Source: Promethearchaeota archaeon (GTDB taxonomy: Archaea > Asgardarchaeota > Thorarchaeia > Thorarchaeales > Thorarchaeaceae). From it: a DNA stretch of 64,000 nt. Position numbers and translations under genes: made by a program. Of this stretch, positions 29,346 to 39,738 are shown piece by piece (position 1 is the first letter of the stretch; every line of letters starts with the position of its first letter). The DNA lies in NCBI GenBank assembly GCA_048939765.1, contig JBHLPF010000004.1, forward strand, positions 1-64,000. Reading direction: 5' to 3'. The notes below the pieces were generated by a model. The model was not told the origin of the DNA. It did not search any database and saw only the letters and a program-made list of their open reading frames with translations.

Positions 29346-29403
29346 CGGAGGCCTAGCCTCTGGGGAAATGACTTAACTGCTGGAAGATGCTTCAAACATA
29401 GAG

Positions 29404-31011
29404 GTGACAGCCACCTTGAGCGATATTCGCAAGTGTGACTTTCTGGTGATTGGCACAGGAATCTCTGGTCTACTATTCTCACTAAAAGCAGCAAAACATG
29501 GCAGAGTTCATCTGCTGACTAAAGCAACCCTTGCTGAATGTGCAACAAGCAAAGCTCAAGGTGGAATTGCGGCGGTCACCTCCCAGGAAGACTCGGTTGA
29601 ATTTCACATAGAGGACACAATCACTGTGGGTGCAGGTCTCTGTCATCGTGATGTGGTGGAGAACATAATTCGTCAAGGCCCTGCCATTGTACAGGAACTG
29701 ATGGACCTTGGGGTGGATTTCGATCTCGGTGAGAATGAAGAATGTGATGAGCTCGACCTAGGCATGGAGGGAGGACACAGTCATCGAAGGGTCTTGCATG
29801 TGAAAGACCACACCGGTGCTGACATTGAGAGGGTCCTCATCGCCAAGGTCAGAGAGGAATCTAAAGTCGAGGTCTTTGAACACCATGTGGCTGTCAACCT
29901 CTTCACGAGCAACGCAAGGGTCATGGGAGCCTATGTACTCGACATCAACACAGGAATGGTTGACAGGTTCATCTCTAAGATCACTGTTCTAGCCACAGGC
30001 GGAGCGGGCAGAGTGTTTCTGTACACAAGCAACCCTGACATCTCGACTGGTGATGGGATCGCAATGGCTTATCGCGCTGGTGCTTCTATCACAAATCTGG
30101 AGTTCATTCAGTTTCATCCAACCATCCTGTTTCATCCGAAAATCCGCTCATTCCTAATTTCAGAGGCATTGCGCGGTGAGGGCGCTGTGCTGCTTGGTCC
30201 AAATGGCGAACGATTCATGGATAAGCATCACGAAGATGCCGAACTGGCACCGCGTGACATTGTGGCAAGGGCAATCGATAATGTATTGAAGCAGACTGGT
30301 GCTGACCATGCCTACCTGGACATCTCTTTTAAAGATGCAGACTTCATTCGTGACAGATTCCCGGTTATCTATGAAACCTGTCTTCAGGCTGGTATAGACA
30401 TCACAAAGGAACCAATTCCTATTGTGCCAGCCGTGCATTACGTCTGCGGTGGTGTCAAGGCTGATATAAACGGTCGGACAGATGTTGCAGGTCTCTATGC
30501 CATCGGAGAAACTGCTGGTACAGGGTTCCATGGTGCGAACAGACTGGCATCTAACTCGCTCTTAGAGGGTGCAGTACTGGCCCAAAATGCCTCCATAGCT
30601 GTTGCAGAGGAGATTAAGCAACCGATTGAGATCGTTGAAATGCCACCGTGGGATCCGGGAGAAGCCACTGATCCAGACGAACATGTTGTTATCTCCCATC
30701 TCTGGGATGAAGTCAGAAGATTAATGGTCAACTACGTAGGTATTGTGAGGACGAACAAGAGGCTGATTCGTGCCAGAAATCGAATCGAATTCATCGCCAA
30801 GGAGATTGAGGAGTTCTACTGGGACTTCGTTATCAATCCAGACCTCGTTGAGTTGCGTAACATCGCTACTGTTGCTGAGCTGATCATCAAGATGGCACGC
30901 ATGCGAAAGGAGAGTCGTGGGGCTCACTTCAACCGTGATTATCCGGAAACGATGGATATTCCAACTGATACCGTGCTGAAGAAGGGGCTACTCCCAATCG
31001 ACGACAATTAG
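29404..31011 (+). CDS. nadB: L-aspartate oxidase
   Basis: IGTGISGL, AQGGIAA, EGGHSHRRVLH, EFIQFHPT, LISEALRGEG, LAPRDIVARAI, HGANRLASNSLLE, ESRGAH. Confidence 0.93.
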   Translation: MTATLSDIRKCDFLVIGTGISGLLFSLKAAKHGRVHLLTKATLAECATSKAQGGIAAVTSQEDSVEFHIEDTITVGAGLCHRDVVENIIRQGPAIVQELMDLGVDFDLGENEECDELDLGMEGGHSHRRVLHVKDHTGADIERVLIAKVREESKVEVFEHHVAVNLFTSNARVMGAYVLDINTGMVDRFISKITVLATGGAGRVFLYTSNPDISTGDGIAMAYRAGASITNLEFIQFHPTILFHPKIRSFLISEALRGEGAVLLGPNGERFMDKHHEDAELAPRDIVARAIDNVLKQTGADHAYLDISFKDADFIRDRFPVIYETCLQAGIDITKEPIPIVPAVHYVCGGVKADINGRTDVAGLYAIGETAGTGFHGANRLASNSLLEGAVLAQNASIAVAEEIKQPIEIVEMPPWDPGEATDPDEHVVISHLWDEVRRLMVNYVGIVRTNKRLIRARNRIEFIAKEIEEFYWDFVINPDLVELRNIATVAELIIKMARMRKESRGAHFNRDYPETMDIPTDTVLKKGLLPIDDN

Positions 31012-31053
31012 GGGGTCCTGAGAATAACCAGAAGGGCACATGCACAGTCATTC

Positions 31054-31539
31054 ATGCTACCCTTTGCAGTGACAATACTGGTGCCTATTGTTGTTCTGTT
31101 TTTCACCAGTTGGCTTCCAAGCTGGCTATTGCTATTCCCAATTAACTTCCTTACAATTTCCCTCTCCATTGTTCTGATAATTGGAGGTTTCTATCTTCTT
31201 GCCTACACTATCAAGATGTTTGCTATAATTGGACAGGGAACACTCGCACCATGGAGTCCCCCTCAGACACTTGTCGTTCAAGGAATCTATCTTCATATGA
31301 GGAACCCTATGATAGTAGGGGTCCTCTTGATTCTCCTAGGGGAGTCAATCCTCTTTGGATCAATCTGGCTATACTTGTGGTTCCTTTTTTGCCTCATTGT
31401 GAACCATTTCTATTTCATCAAGTCTGAGGAGCCAGGGCTGGTGAAGCGATTCGGTGATGAGTATCTGCGATATGCTGAGAACGTTCCGCGTTGGATTCCG
31501 CGCAGGACTCCTTGGGACAGCTCTTCGGAGAACGTCTGA
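31054..31539 (+). CDS. Isoprenylcysteine carboxyl methyltransferase/PEMT-family membrane protein
   Basis: GQGTLAPW.P...LV..GIY..MRNPM..G, EE..L..RFGDEY..Y...VPRWIP. The true start may lie upstream (CTG 31018). Confidence 0.85.
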   Translation: MLPFAVTILVPIVVLFFTSWLPSWLLLFPINFLTISLSIVLIIGGFYLLAYTIKMFAIIGQGTLAPWSPPQTLVVQGIYLHMRNPMIVGVLLILLGESILFGSIWLYLWFLFCLIVNHFYFIKSEEPGLVKRFGDEYLRYAENVPRWIPRRTPWDSSSENV

Positions 31540-31611
31540 ATCTGGTGTTCAAAACCTGATGCTTTTATCGCAGAAATACACGCCATCGTCTATCATATCC
31601 AGGGCGGTTCC

Positions 31612-32712
31612 ATGATGAGTGAGAGGCTGATACATTGGGAAAATCTGTACAGCTTTGTCAAGAGGGCTATGATGAAATGTGGTGTGCCCGAAGATAGTGC
31701 ACATCACGTCGCTGACAATCTTGTTGCTTCAAATCTGAGGGGCATCGATTCCCATGGAGTGGGTCGAGTGAAACGATATGTTGGCGGAATCAATGATGGA
31801 TACATCATCCCTGACATTGTTCCAGAGATAGTGAGGGAGAATAGCGTTCTCGCCAATGTCGATGCTCGAAATGGCGTAGGGCAGAACGCCGGCATGTTCG
31901 GGATCAATCTCGCTATCACCAAGGGGAAAAAGGAGGGTATCGGGCTCGTCACAGTCTTCAACTCTAACCACTATGGCTTCGCCGGCTATTATGCCATGAA
32001 GGCTCTCGAACACGACCTCATTGGAATATCACTCACGAACTCAGAGCCCCTCGTTGTGCCAACATTTGCCAAGGATGCCATTCTAGGTACAAATCCAATC
32101 TCCATTGCTGTGCCGGGGTCTCGAAATCGTCCCTGGGTGATGGACCTTGCTACTAGCGTAGTGCCTCGCGGAAAGCTCGAGGTCTATGATCGTCTTGGGC
32201 AGAAGACGCCTCTTGGATGGGCCACAGATGAGAATGGTGTCAGCACCGATGATCCAGCACGAGTACTAGATAATGTTCTGCATGGGTATGGGGGCGGCAT
32301 CCTTCCTCTAGGCGGCGAGGGCGAGCTGCACGGAGGCCACAAGGGCTATGGTCTCTCGATGATGGTGGATGTGTTGAGTGGAGTCCTGTCTGGTTCCAAC
32401 TACGGACCAGATGTCGTATTCCGAAAGGATGGGGCTGTGAATCATCCCCGGGTTGGCCATTTCTTCATGGTTCTCGACCCTGCGTTTTTCATGGACGTTG
32501 AAGCATTCAAGAAGAGGATGGATGATTACGTTGACCTCCTCCACAATTCAAGTAAAGCTGAGAACTGCCCGAGAATCTATGTTCATGGAGAGAAGGAGTT
32601 CGAAATCCATGATCAACGTGAGAGGAATGGAATTCCTCTCGATGCAAGGACTGTAGAGAGCCTCTCCGGCTTTGCTGAAGAGTTCGGGGAGAAGATTGAG
32701 TTCATGGATTGA
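31612..32712 (+). CDS. Ldh_2-family (malate/L-lactate/sulfolactate) dehydrogenase
   Basis: LRGIDSHGV.R, NSNHYG..GYY, GTNPISIA, DLATS, HKGYGL. Confidence 0.9.
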   Translation: MMSERLIHWENLYSFVKRAMMKCGVPEDSAHHVADNLVASNLRGIDSHGVGRVKRYVGGINDGYIIPDIVPEIVRENSVLANVDARNGVGQNAGMFGINLAITKGKKEGIGLVTVFNSNHYGFAGYYAMKALEHDLIGISLTNSEPLVVPTFAKDAILGTNPISIAVPGSRNRPWVMDLATSVVPRGKLEVYDRLGQKTPLGWATDENGVSTDDPARVLDNVLHGYGGGILPLGGEGELHGGHKGYGLSMMVDVLSGVLSGSNYGPDVVFRKDGAVNHPRVGHFFMVLDPAFFMDVEAFKKRMDDYVDLLHNSSKAENCPRIYVHGEKEFEIHDQRERNGIPLDARTVESLSGFAEEFGEKIEFMD

Positions 32713-33433
32713 CGGGAATTGGCTTGGCTAGTGGGGCATTCCTGGTTCTATTATTGTAGGGGCTCCTTGGTCCTACAGGCGACTTGCCGTCCCCCCACCT
32801 TCCCTCATAGTCCGCAAAGTTCGTGTCTTCGATGGACTTCAGAACCGGCTCCGTATACCAGACCTCTCCTCCATCATCAGTGGTGTCCTTCCAAAATAGG
32901 GCTATTCTCCTCTTTCGTCCGTGGGGTGCGGGAAAGTTCGCATGAGACCCCAGGGCCACCCACACATGGACATGGTTGCCAGTGAGGGTGATAGGTTCCG
33001 GAATGAACTCTGGAAGAGTATAGGATGAAGGAGGCGACGCAAGTATCGCCTCATGATGGTATGAGAGGAGCCAGATAGTACATGGTGCCCTTGACGATGG
33101 CAGATAGTGTCTGACCTCCACATGTTCCCAGTCTCCCTTGTGCTTGCCTCGATTGAAGGGGGCTCTCGGAAAGTCGTTGTATCGATACCAGAACCAGTAC
33201 CTGATCTGGAACATGTCCTCATCCAGCCAGTACTCATAGTAACATGGTGCATCCGGCTGGAGCGTCTTTGGACTTGGGTCAACCATGAACGGTGTCCAGT
33301 CGGAGCCATACTTGGAGAAAATCTCCTCAGCATCAGATGGATAGCAGCAGTGCTCGCCCTCTCTCGGGTGGAAATGGAGTATCGGTGCATAATCTCTGAC
33401 GATAGCTTTGGGGTCTAGAGTTGGGTCGAGCAT
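32702..33433 (-). CDS. Vps62-like (NPP1-fold) protein
   Basis: YAP.LHFH..E...PS, YWFWYRYN, H.GDWEHV.V, LSYH, VWVALGSHANF, YEGRWG...P.GP. Confidence 0.75.
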   Translation of the reverse strand: MLDPTLDPKAIVRDYAPILHFHPREGEHCCYPSDAEEIFSKYGSDWTPFMVDPSPKTLQPDAPCYYEYWLDEDMFQIRYWFWYRYNDFPRAPFNRGKHKGDWEHVEVRHYLPSSRAPCTIWLLSYHHEAILASPPSSYTLPEFIPEPITLTGNHVHVWVALGSHANFPAPHGRKRRIALFWKDTTDDGGEVWYTEPVLKSIEDTNFADYEGRWGDGKSPVGPRSPYNNRTRNAPLAKPIPVNP

Positions 33434-33477
33434 GATGCACTATACGACTCAGAGGTTCCTTATGGTTGTGTCGTCAT

Positions 33478-34548
33478 TCAATCAAGATCACTGACATAAC
33501 GGTCCATGAACAATTTGATCCATCGGTAGAAGTCACCAAACATTTCCCTGACCTTTGGCAGCCCAATCCGGTCCCTCAGTATCATGTCGACTACAGCCTT
33601 CCTCAGGAATGGGTAATAGTGCGGTAGGGGGAATACGTTCTTAGGGAACACTCTGTGATTTGTGAGGAAGATGTTGATTCGTTCCACCCACCGGGCGTTG
33701 ATCATGTCCTCAGAGTAGTTGCTTGGGTCTTCTACTGACAACGAGTCAAGCTCGGACAAGATTGGCGAGAACACCTCTCTCTGAACTTGGTCAAAGGAAA
33801 AGCCCTGGACCTTGGAGGTCTTGTCCTCTGCTATCCTACGATAGAGGTCTGCAAGGTCATCAGAGCCAGGGACAGAGTAGATTGCTCGCTGAAACTTGAG
33901 GAGTCTGGACATCTCTGAGGTAAGCCTTCGCTCCTTCTCAAGAACAGTGAATACATGAATGAAGTTCGTGCTATCCCATGACTCTGCCTCAAACCAATCC
34001 TTGTAGTTCATGATTGTTGCACGGTAATCCTTAGGCATTCGCAGCTCATGGGGACTTGTGATGCTCCAGATATTGAAGAACACAAAAGGCGGATAGTCTA
34101 CAGCCATCTTCTGTCTTATGCGATAGCTTGGGAAGCAGTAGTTCCCATCCAAGACTATCAAGTCAGGATTGAAGACTCCCTGTCCTTTCTGTGAGGCAAA
34201 CTGGGTAGTAGACTCTGTTATCATCTCAACAGTCTGAGATGGCGTCAGAGGTTGGAATGCCCGTGAACGTACGAGATGCAGCTCCTCGGAGAGTGGAAGA
34301 TAGTATGCAGTTCCTGTTTTCTCAAGGGAAAAAGCGGTTTCAAAGCCGCCCCCATTACCTAGAGTGAGATGCTGCATCGCCTGGAAAAGGTCCTGATTGG
34401 TGTGATTAATGTCAATGACAAGGACCTTCAATCGAGGGTTTTGTGATAGTCCCCAAACAGCAAGATTCAACGAGATTGGAGTCTTTCCACTACCGCCCTT
34501 GTTACTGGTGACGATTGCTGTCAATGGTTTCTTCATGATAATATCCAC
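33478..34548 (-). CDS. ParA/MinD-family P-loop ATPase with divergent C-terminal two-thirds
   Basis: Deviant Walker A SNKGGSGKT, KVLVID.N, DLIVLD. Confidence 0.7.
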   Translation of the reverse strand: MDIIMKKPLTAIVTSNKGGSGKTPISLNLAVWGLSQNPRLKVLVIDINHTNQDLFQAMQHLTLGNGGGFETAFSLEKTGTAYYLPLSEELHLVRSRAFQPLTPSQTVEMITESTTQFASQKGQGVFNPDLIVLDGNYCFPSYRIRQKMAVDYPPFVFFNIWSITSPHELRMPKDYRATIMNYKDWFEAESWDSTNFIHVFTVLEKERRLTSEMSRLLKFQRAIYSVPGSDDLADLYRRIAEDKTSKVQGFSFDQVQREVFSPILSELDSLSVEDPSNYSEDMINARWVERINIFLTNHRVFPKNVFPLPHYYPFLRKAVVDMILRDRIGLPKVREMFGDFYRWIKLFMDRYVSDLD

Positions 34549-35462
34549 CCCAGTATGTACTCAAGTACGGTGCCCCATCCTATGTACAGAATGACATCTG
34601 TAATAATTTGAATCACAACAACGCCAAGAAATGCTGCTAGTAGTTTCTTGATAATCCCCCTGGGTGATGCGATTCGTGCGAGGTCGCTCTTTGACCTCTC
34701 AAGCAAACGAATGTCTGATTTCATGTCCCTTGTGGCGTCCTCAAGCTTCGCCCTCACATATCCAGCGTTTCTTGACAGGAGAGCCTCCTCGACCAGGATC
34801 ATCTCATTTCTCCATCTAGTCATGTATTCTGTCAGCGAGCCGGCGATTCGGATTCTATTGGCCTCCACCATTGTTTCATAACGACCAACTTCATAGACTA
34901 CTACTTTGATCACGCTGGCAAGGACAACAAATGTCCCGAAACTCAACGCGCTGCTTATGAAGAAGCCAATATTGAGGACCGGGCTGTCAGGAAAGAACTC
35001 TTGAAGGATTGAGAAACCTGCCAGTCCACTCAGCTTGTAGAGGGCGATAAAAATCAGCAATCTCACCGTTAGAGATAGTCTTGAGAGGCTCAACCTCCAC
35101 CATGAAACCGTTGGAGTTCCTCCAGCACTGAATGACTTGTGGATGAACACTGAGAAGATGATCCCACCAGTGTTCAGGATGAACATGATGGCCATGAGAA
35201 GCAGGCCAAGGCCAAAAGCCACTCGGACCCAACCTGTCACTCCCATGACGCCATCTGCAACAGCTTCCAGTGCTCCCTGAAGGGCGATGAAGTCCCAGTC
35301 AATGAATGACTGTTCTATCTGCTGCATGAGACTATTATGAGTGAGAAGATATCCAAAGAAGAACACTCCGTAGAGTGCGATCGCAACAATAGACCCAACA
35401 TTGACTGACATGAACAGATTTTCAATGCGGCTATCATGCGCGGTCCTATGGGTCGTAACCAT
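34533..35462 (-). CDS. Hypothetical polytopic membrane protein with cytoplasmic coiled segment
   Basis: 4-5 TM plus a helical charged segment; overlaps the downstream ATPase start. Confidence 0.7.
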   Translation of the reverse strand: MVTTHRTAHDSRIENLFMSVNVGSIVAIALYGVFFFGYLLTHNSLMQQIEQSFIDWDFIALQGALEAVADGVMGVTGWVRVAFGLGLLLMAIMFILNTGGIIFSVFIHKSFSAGGTPTVSWWRLSLSRLSLTVRLLIFIALYKLSGLAGFSILQEFFPDSPVLNIGFFISSALSFGTFVVLASVIKVVVYEVGRYETMVEANRIRIAGSLTEYMTRWRNEMILVEEALLSRNAGYVRAKLEDATRDMKSDIRLLERSKSDLARIASPRGIIKKLLAAFLGVVVIQIITDVILYIGWGTVLEYILGWILS

Positions 35463-35583
35463 TCCCTATACCCCGTGGCGTGCGGATGGTAAAAGAGTGC
35501 TATTAACAGCTATCTGAGTATATTTAAGGGTATGATGTAGAGACTTTGATTTGTATATAAACTGCTGGTGAATTCCTTCGCCC

Positions 35584-38508
35584 TCAGACATCGAGAAGTA
35601 GAGTCAAGAGGCCACGAGGTCTGATTTTGGCGGTGATGACCCTGCTCTTTTCCAACTTGACATCCACCTCAAGCGGTGTTTCATCAGCTCTTGCTGGTGT
35701 CGCTTTCCTGATGTCAAATCCAAGGTTGAGCTTGCATTCCTGCTCTTCATCGGATGAGTTCCACAGTCTGACTGCCAGCTGTTCTCCCTCTTCACACTGC
35801 TTGAATGCTGACAACTCAATGCACTCTGGTTCTATGGCCAGGTAGCTAGCACTGCGAACTCCTTTTGCACCTTCTCTCCCGGGAGTGAGTACGGCGGTCA
35901 TAGGAAGAAGGAACGCGTCAGAACTGGAAAGGATTTCCTCGTGCTGACCTCCAATATGTGGAGTGATGGCATACTCGAATATCTGAAGGCCCAGACATTG
36001 TCCTCCGGGGGTTTCCAATATTGGCCCTGCAGCATCCCTTCGAGTGGTCAGATTCCCCTTTGATAGCCATCCAACGGCCCTCAGAGTGGTGAGGGCAATC
36101 GTGCCCCCCTGTTCCTCTAGAATCTCGAATTCAAGCAATCCTCTAGTCGTGATCGCGAGCCCTCGAACATCAGAGTTCATAGACACGAATCTTCGCAATG
36201 GATAGGTTGGCGCCACAGGCTGCTTCCAATCAGAGTCGTCATCTAGTGGTCGGACTGGTCTATCTATGAGGTCAAAGGCGCTGTCGGCGAGCACAGTCTT
36301 CGCGTTCGTGCCACTGGGAAAGAGAACCCTTAGTCTATGGTCTTCAGCCTGATTCATGAACTCAGTGACTATTTGCAGAGTAGGGCTATTTGCGTGCACT
36401 GTGACCTCCGTGGCAAAATCGCAGAGGACTGTTTCCTCAGCACGTCCACCGCGTCCCTTTATCGCAGCTATCGGTAGCTCGAGAGCGCCTGATATTAACA
36501 AGGAGCCCACCAATGGACCAGTCTGAACAACCTCAACGTCGAACTTCATGTTGCTGGAACGGATGGATGAGTCTGACTTCATGGGATTATAGTCGTATTC
36601 ATCTCCAACATCTCCAGAGTCTTCCCATTCTAAGAGACCCTCATACTCCTCTCCATTCCTCTTGTCAGTCAGCTTGATTGTGCCATTTGATGAAGCTGTC
36701 ACCTTGATGAGATTGTTTTGCAAAGTGTTACCGGAGCTGCTCACCGCTCCCTCAACATTTGAAGCAGCCTCTTCAAGATCGTTCGTCAAATCAAGACGAA
36801 GTGTACCTAGACCATCAACTACCGGAACCTGCATGGCAACAGTCAGGAACTCTTCTCTATCTACAATGAGTCTTGCATCCTCATCCTTTCGAGTCTCATG
36901 GCTGAGGAGCTGAATCGGAATTGCCTCTCCTTTTTCTGTCCTGAGTACAGGAATTCCTTTCATTTCATTCCCTGCATATGCCTTCCTAGCCCAGACCTCA
37001 ACTATCTTGTTCGCAGAATTCACTCTGATTCGAAAGGCTGTGGAAATATGTGTTAGGAACTCAAGAAACTGAGGGAACATGAAAGCCAATGCACTGAAGT
37101 CGAACTCGAACTCGGTGATTACTTCTTCTCCGATCTTGATCTCCCTTGTTTCAGTTGGTGATGGATCAAAACCATATTGCTTCACGATTTTGATGTGAGA
37201 TTCGTTCTTTGCTGCTTCCAGTGCAGTTTCAGGCTCAAGATCATTGTCGATAAGCTGAATGTCAGCCAATCGAGTGTATCTAAAGTCTGATGCTGGCAGC
37301 TCCATTATGACAATGTCATTTCGTACTCTTGGCGAAGGATTGACCACCACTATTCCTGCAGACTCTGTTTCATGCACCTTCACGATAGTATCGTATGCAT
37401 CATCTACCAATGCCCCCGCAATCTCATCTGCCCATCTGAATCTCTGTACCATATCATCATGTACCTCGTCGATACTACACCCACAGATATCGTCGTGTGG
37501 ATGATTTCTCAGAAGATATTTCCAGGCCAATATGATTTGGTCTCTGGGATATGGTGAACCCAGTGCATTAGCAACTGAACACCAGGGTTCAACAGTCCTC
37601 TCAAGCAACCTCTGAACGTACTCGTTCATCTGCTTGAGGTATATTCTGGTGGAATACACCCCAGAAAGCAGATTCTCATATTTGGATCTTCGAAACTCGC
37701 CGCGAAACCGCTTGAGGCCATCTTTCTTCTTCTCTATTCTCTCGATAAACATAGGAAGCGAGCCGAAGATAATCTTGTCTTCGTACTTCTCGTTGTAGAT
37801 TCGAATTACTTCCGGCACCTGGGGTTGGGGCAAAACGTGATCTGAGCCATTCATCAAGAGAACGGTGCCTATTCGTGACCAAGGTTTGAGCTTCTGAACC
37901 ACATCATCAAGCGTGCCTAGTGCGTCGTCAATATCCTCTGGTAGTCTGGCTGCATTTCCATATGAATAGGGCAGCCAGTGTGTCAGGACTTCGCTGCCAT
38001 CTGAAGCCTCCCAGATGAACTCCGCACCGAGATCATCTATCTCATTGCCTGTTCCGCGGGCGAAAATCGCAGAATTATAGTTGAACTGCGACAATATCAT
38101 AGGAATCTGACTTACGTGACCAAATGGGTCTGGGATATACCCGACATCTATGACTTCACCGAACTCTTTGCCGATTCTACGTCCCATCAGAAGATTCCGG
38201 ATAAGGGCTTCTCCTGAAACAAGAAACACGTCAGGCAGGACATACCATGGTCCAATATCGATGCGTCCATCTTTCACATGTCTTTTGAATCTCTCCCGCT
38301 GATGAGGCACCATTTCTAGATAGTCTTCTATCACGACAGTCTGGCCGTCAAATGTGAATGTCTTAAACTCAGGGTCTCTATCCAGAATGTCCAGGAGTTC
38401 GTTGACAAGATTCACAAGTCTAAGTCTGAATTGCTGAAAAGTCCTGTACCAGGCTCGATCCCAGTGGGTTTCGCTGATTAGAATTGCCTCAACGTTATCC
38501 GGTTCCAT
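35584..38508 (-). CDS. GH38 alpha-mannosidase/mannosylglycerate hydrolase
   Basis: THWDRAWY, FTFDGQ, IGPWYVLPD, YIPDPFGH, MNGSDH, NHPHDDICGCSID, D.GDEYDY.P. Confidence 0.92.
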   Translation of the reverse strand: MEPDNVEAILISETHWDRAWYRTFQQFRLRLVNLVNELLDILDRDPEFKTFTFDGQTVVIEDYLEMVPHQRERFKRHVKDGRIDIGPWYVLPDVFLVSGEALIRNLLMGRRIGKEFGEVIDVGYIPDPFGHVSQIPMILSQFNYNSAIFARGTGNEIDDLGAEFIWEASDGSEVLTHWLPYSYGNAARLPEDIDDALGTLDDVVQKLKPWSRIGTVLLMNGSDHVLPQPQVPEVIRIYNEKYEDKIIFGSLPMFIERIEKKKDGLKRFRGEFRRSKYENLLSGVYSTRIYLKQMNEYVQRLLERTVEPWCSVANALGSPYPRDQIILAWKYLLRNHPHDDICGCSIDEVHDDMVQRFRWADEIAGALVDDAYDTIVKVHETESAGIVVVNPSPRVRNDIVIMELPASDFRYTRLADIQLIDNDLEPETALEAAKNESHIKIVKQYGFDPSPTETREIKIGEEVITEFEFDFSALAFMFPQFLEFLTHISTAFRIRVNSANKIVEVWARKAYAGNEMKGIPVLRTEKGEAIPIQLLSHETRKDEDARLIVDREEFLTVAMQVPVVDGLGTLRLDLTNDLEEAASNVEGAVSSSGNTLQNNLIKVTASSNGTIKLTDKRNGEEYEGLLEWEDSGDVGDEYDYNPMKSDSSIRSSNMKFDVEVVQTGPLVGSLLISGALELPIAAIKGRGGRAEETVLCDFATEVTVHANSPTLQIVTEFMNQAEDHRLRVLFPSGTNAKTVLADSAFDLIDRPVRPLDDDSDWKQPVAPTYPLRRFVSMNSDVRGLAITTRGLLEFEILEEQGGTIALTTLRAVGWLSKGNLTTRRDAAGPILETPGGQCLGLQIFEYAITPHIGGQHEEILSSSDAFLLPMTAVLTPGREGAKGVRSASYLAIEPECIELSAFKQCEEGEQLAVRLWNSSDEEQECKLNLGFDIRKATPARADETPLEVDVKLEKSRVITAKIRPRGLLTLLLDV

Positions 38509-38580
38509 GATGAATCACCGTTAGTCGACTGCTCCGACTCATCTTCATCCCCAATATGAATGGCTCGTATGGGTGCTGTC

Positions 38581-39738
38581 TCAGTCCAATCTTTCTACGA
38601 GGACTCCGCCTGGAATTTCCGGAACATAGACATCTGGGGTTTCACCTGTCTGAGATTCATATGCTTCAGTGATTTCCTCTATGAACCCCTCTACATATTC
38701 ATCAGCCACAACACTCAGAGTGGCTCCTCCAAGTCCCGCTCCAGTCAGCCTGCTTCCATACACACCCTTATGACTCCGAGCTATGTCGACCAAGAGGTCG
38801 AGTCTGGGATGTGAGACCTCATAGAGCTCCTTCGAGCTAACATGCGACTCATAGAGGAGAGATCCGAATCGACGCAGGTCGGCCTTCTCGAGTGCATCGA
38901 TCCCCTCTCTGACGCGTGCATTCTCAGATACAACATGTCGAACGCGGCGAGCCAATTTCTCCTCTAGAATGTCATCTACAGTATCTAGCTGATCTAGTCC
39001 TATATCGCTTAGACTCTGTAGTTTCATGTCGCTCTCATTGAGATGCTTCAATGCAGACAAACACTCGGCCCGTCTATCGTTCAGCACATCTCCTGCCAGT
39101 CTTGACACTCTAGAGTCGATGATGACCATCTTGAGCTTTAAACTCATCTGTATACTCGTCGTCTGAAGATTGCCACAATTGATGACCAATACAGAATTGG
39201 GCAGTCCGAGTTGTGAGGTGAATTGGTCCATCACACCGCATGAAATGCCACAAAAGAGTCTCTCAGCCTCAAAGGCAATCATGGCTGCAGCCTTAGGGTC
39301 CAAATGCACTTCACTGGCAGCAGCGATTACGTTCACCAGGGCGACCTCCAGTGCAGCTGAGGAGCTAAGTCCTGCTCCTATTGGAACGTTTCCGTGAATT
39401 ATGCCAGTCAAACCCTTCACAGCATGCCTTCTTCTCTCAAAAGCCCAATAAACCCCTCTTGCATAGCTATCCCATTGAATCTCATTGTTCGATTGAAGGC
39501 CTTTGGATGAAAAGGAAGTCCTCTCCTCATAGTCCAAAGAATAGATGTCAACCTCCTCAGATGCAATCCCCGCCGCCCAAACGAACCTGTCGATTGTGGA
39601 GGCTATCACCAAGCCACTGTTGTAGTCAGTGTGATTGCCCAACACCTCGACTCTTCCAGGAGCTCTAGCGAACCAGACTTCATTATCATTCTCTTTGAGA
39701 TTCTGCACTCTCTCATGCATCTTCTCTGGAATATCCAT
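38581..39738 (-). CDS. galK: Galactokinase
   Basis: APGRVEVLGNHTDYN, PIGAGLSSSAA, CGVMDQ, GSRLTGAGLGG. Confidence 0.93.
   Translation of the reverse strand: MDIPEKMHERVQNLKENDNEVWFARAPGRVEVLGNHTDYNSGLVIASTIDRFVWAAGIASEEVDIYSLDYEERTSFSSKGLQSNNEIQWDSYARGVYWAFERRRHAVKGLTGIIHGNVPIGAGLSSSAALEVALVNVIAAASEVHLDPKAAAMIAFEAERLFCGISCGVMDQFTSQLGLPNSVLVINCGNLQTTSIQMSLKLKMVIIDSRVSRLAGDVLNDRRAECLSALKHLNESDMKLQSLSDIGLDQLDTVDDILEEKLARRVRHVVSENARVREGIDALEKADLRRFGSLLYESHVSSKELYEVSHPRLDLLVDIARSHKGVYGSRLTGAGLGGATLSVVADEYVEGFIEEITEAYESQTGETPDVYVPEIPGGVLVERLD

Noticed and set aside
31054-31539. ICMT-like gene as evidence for prenyl-processing of the Rab-like GTPases
   Set aside because: Neither GTPase has a C-terminal Cys/CaaX, and this family is widespread in prokaryotes.
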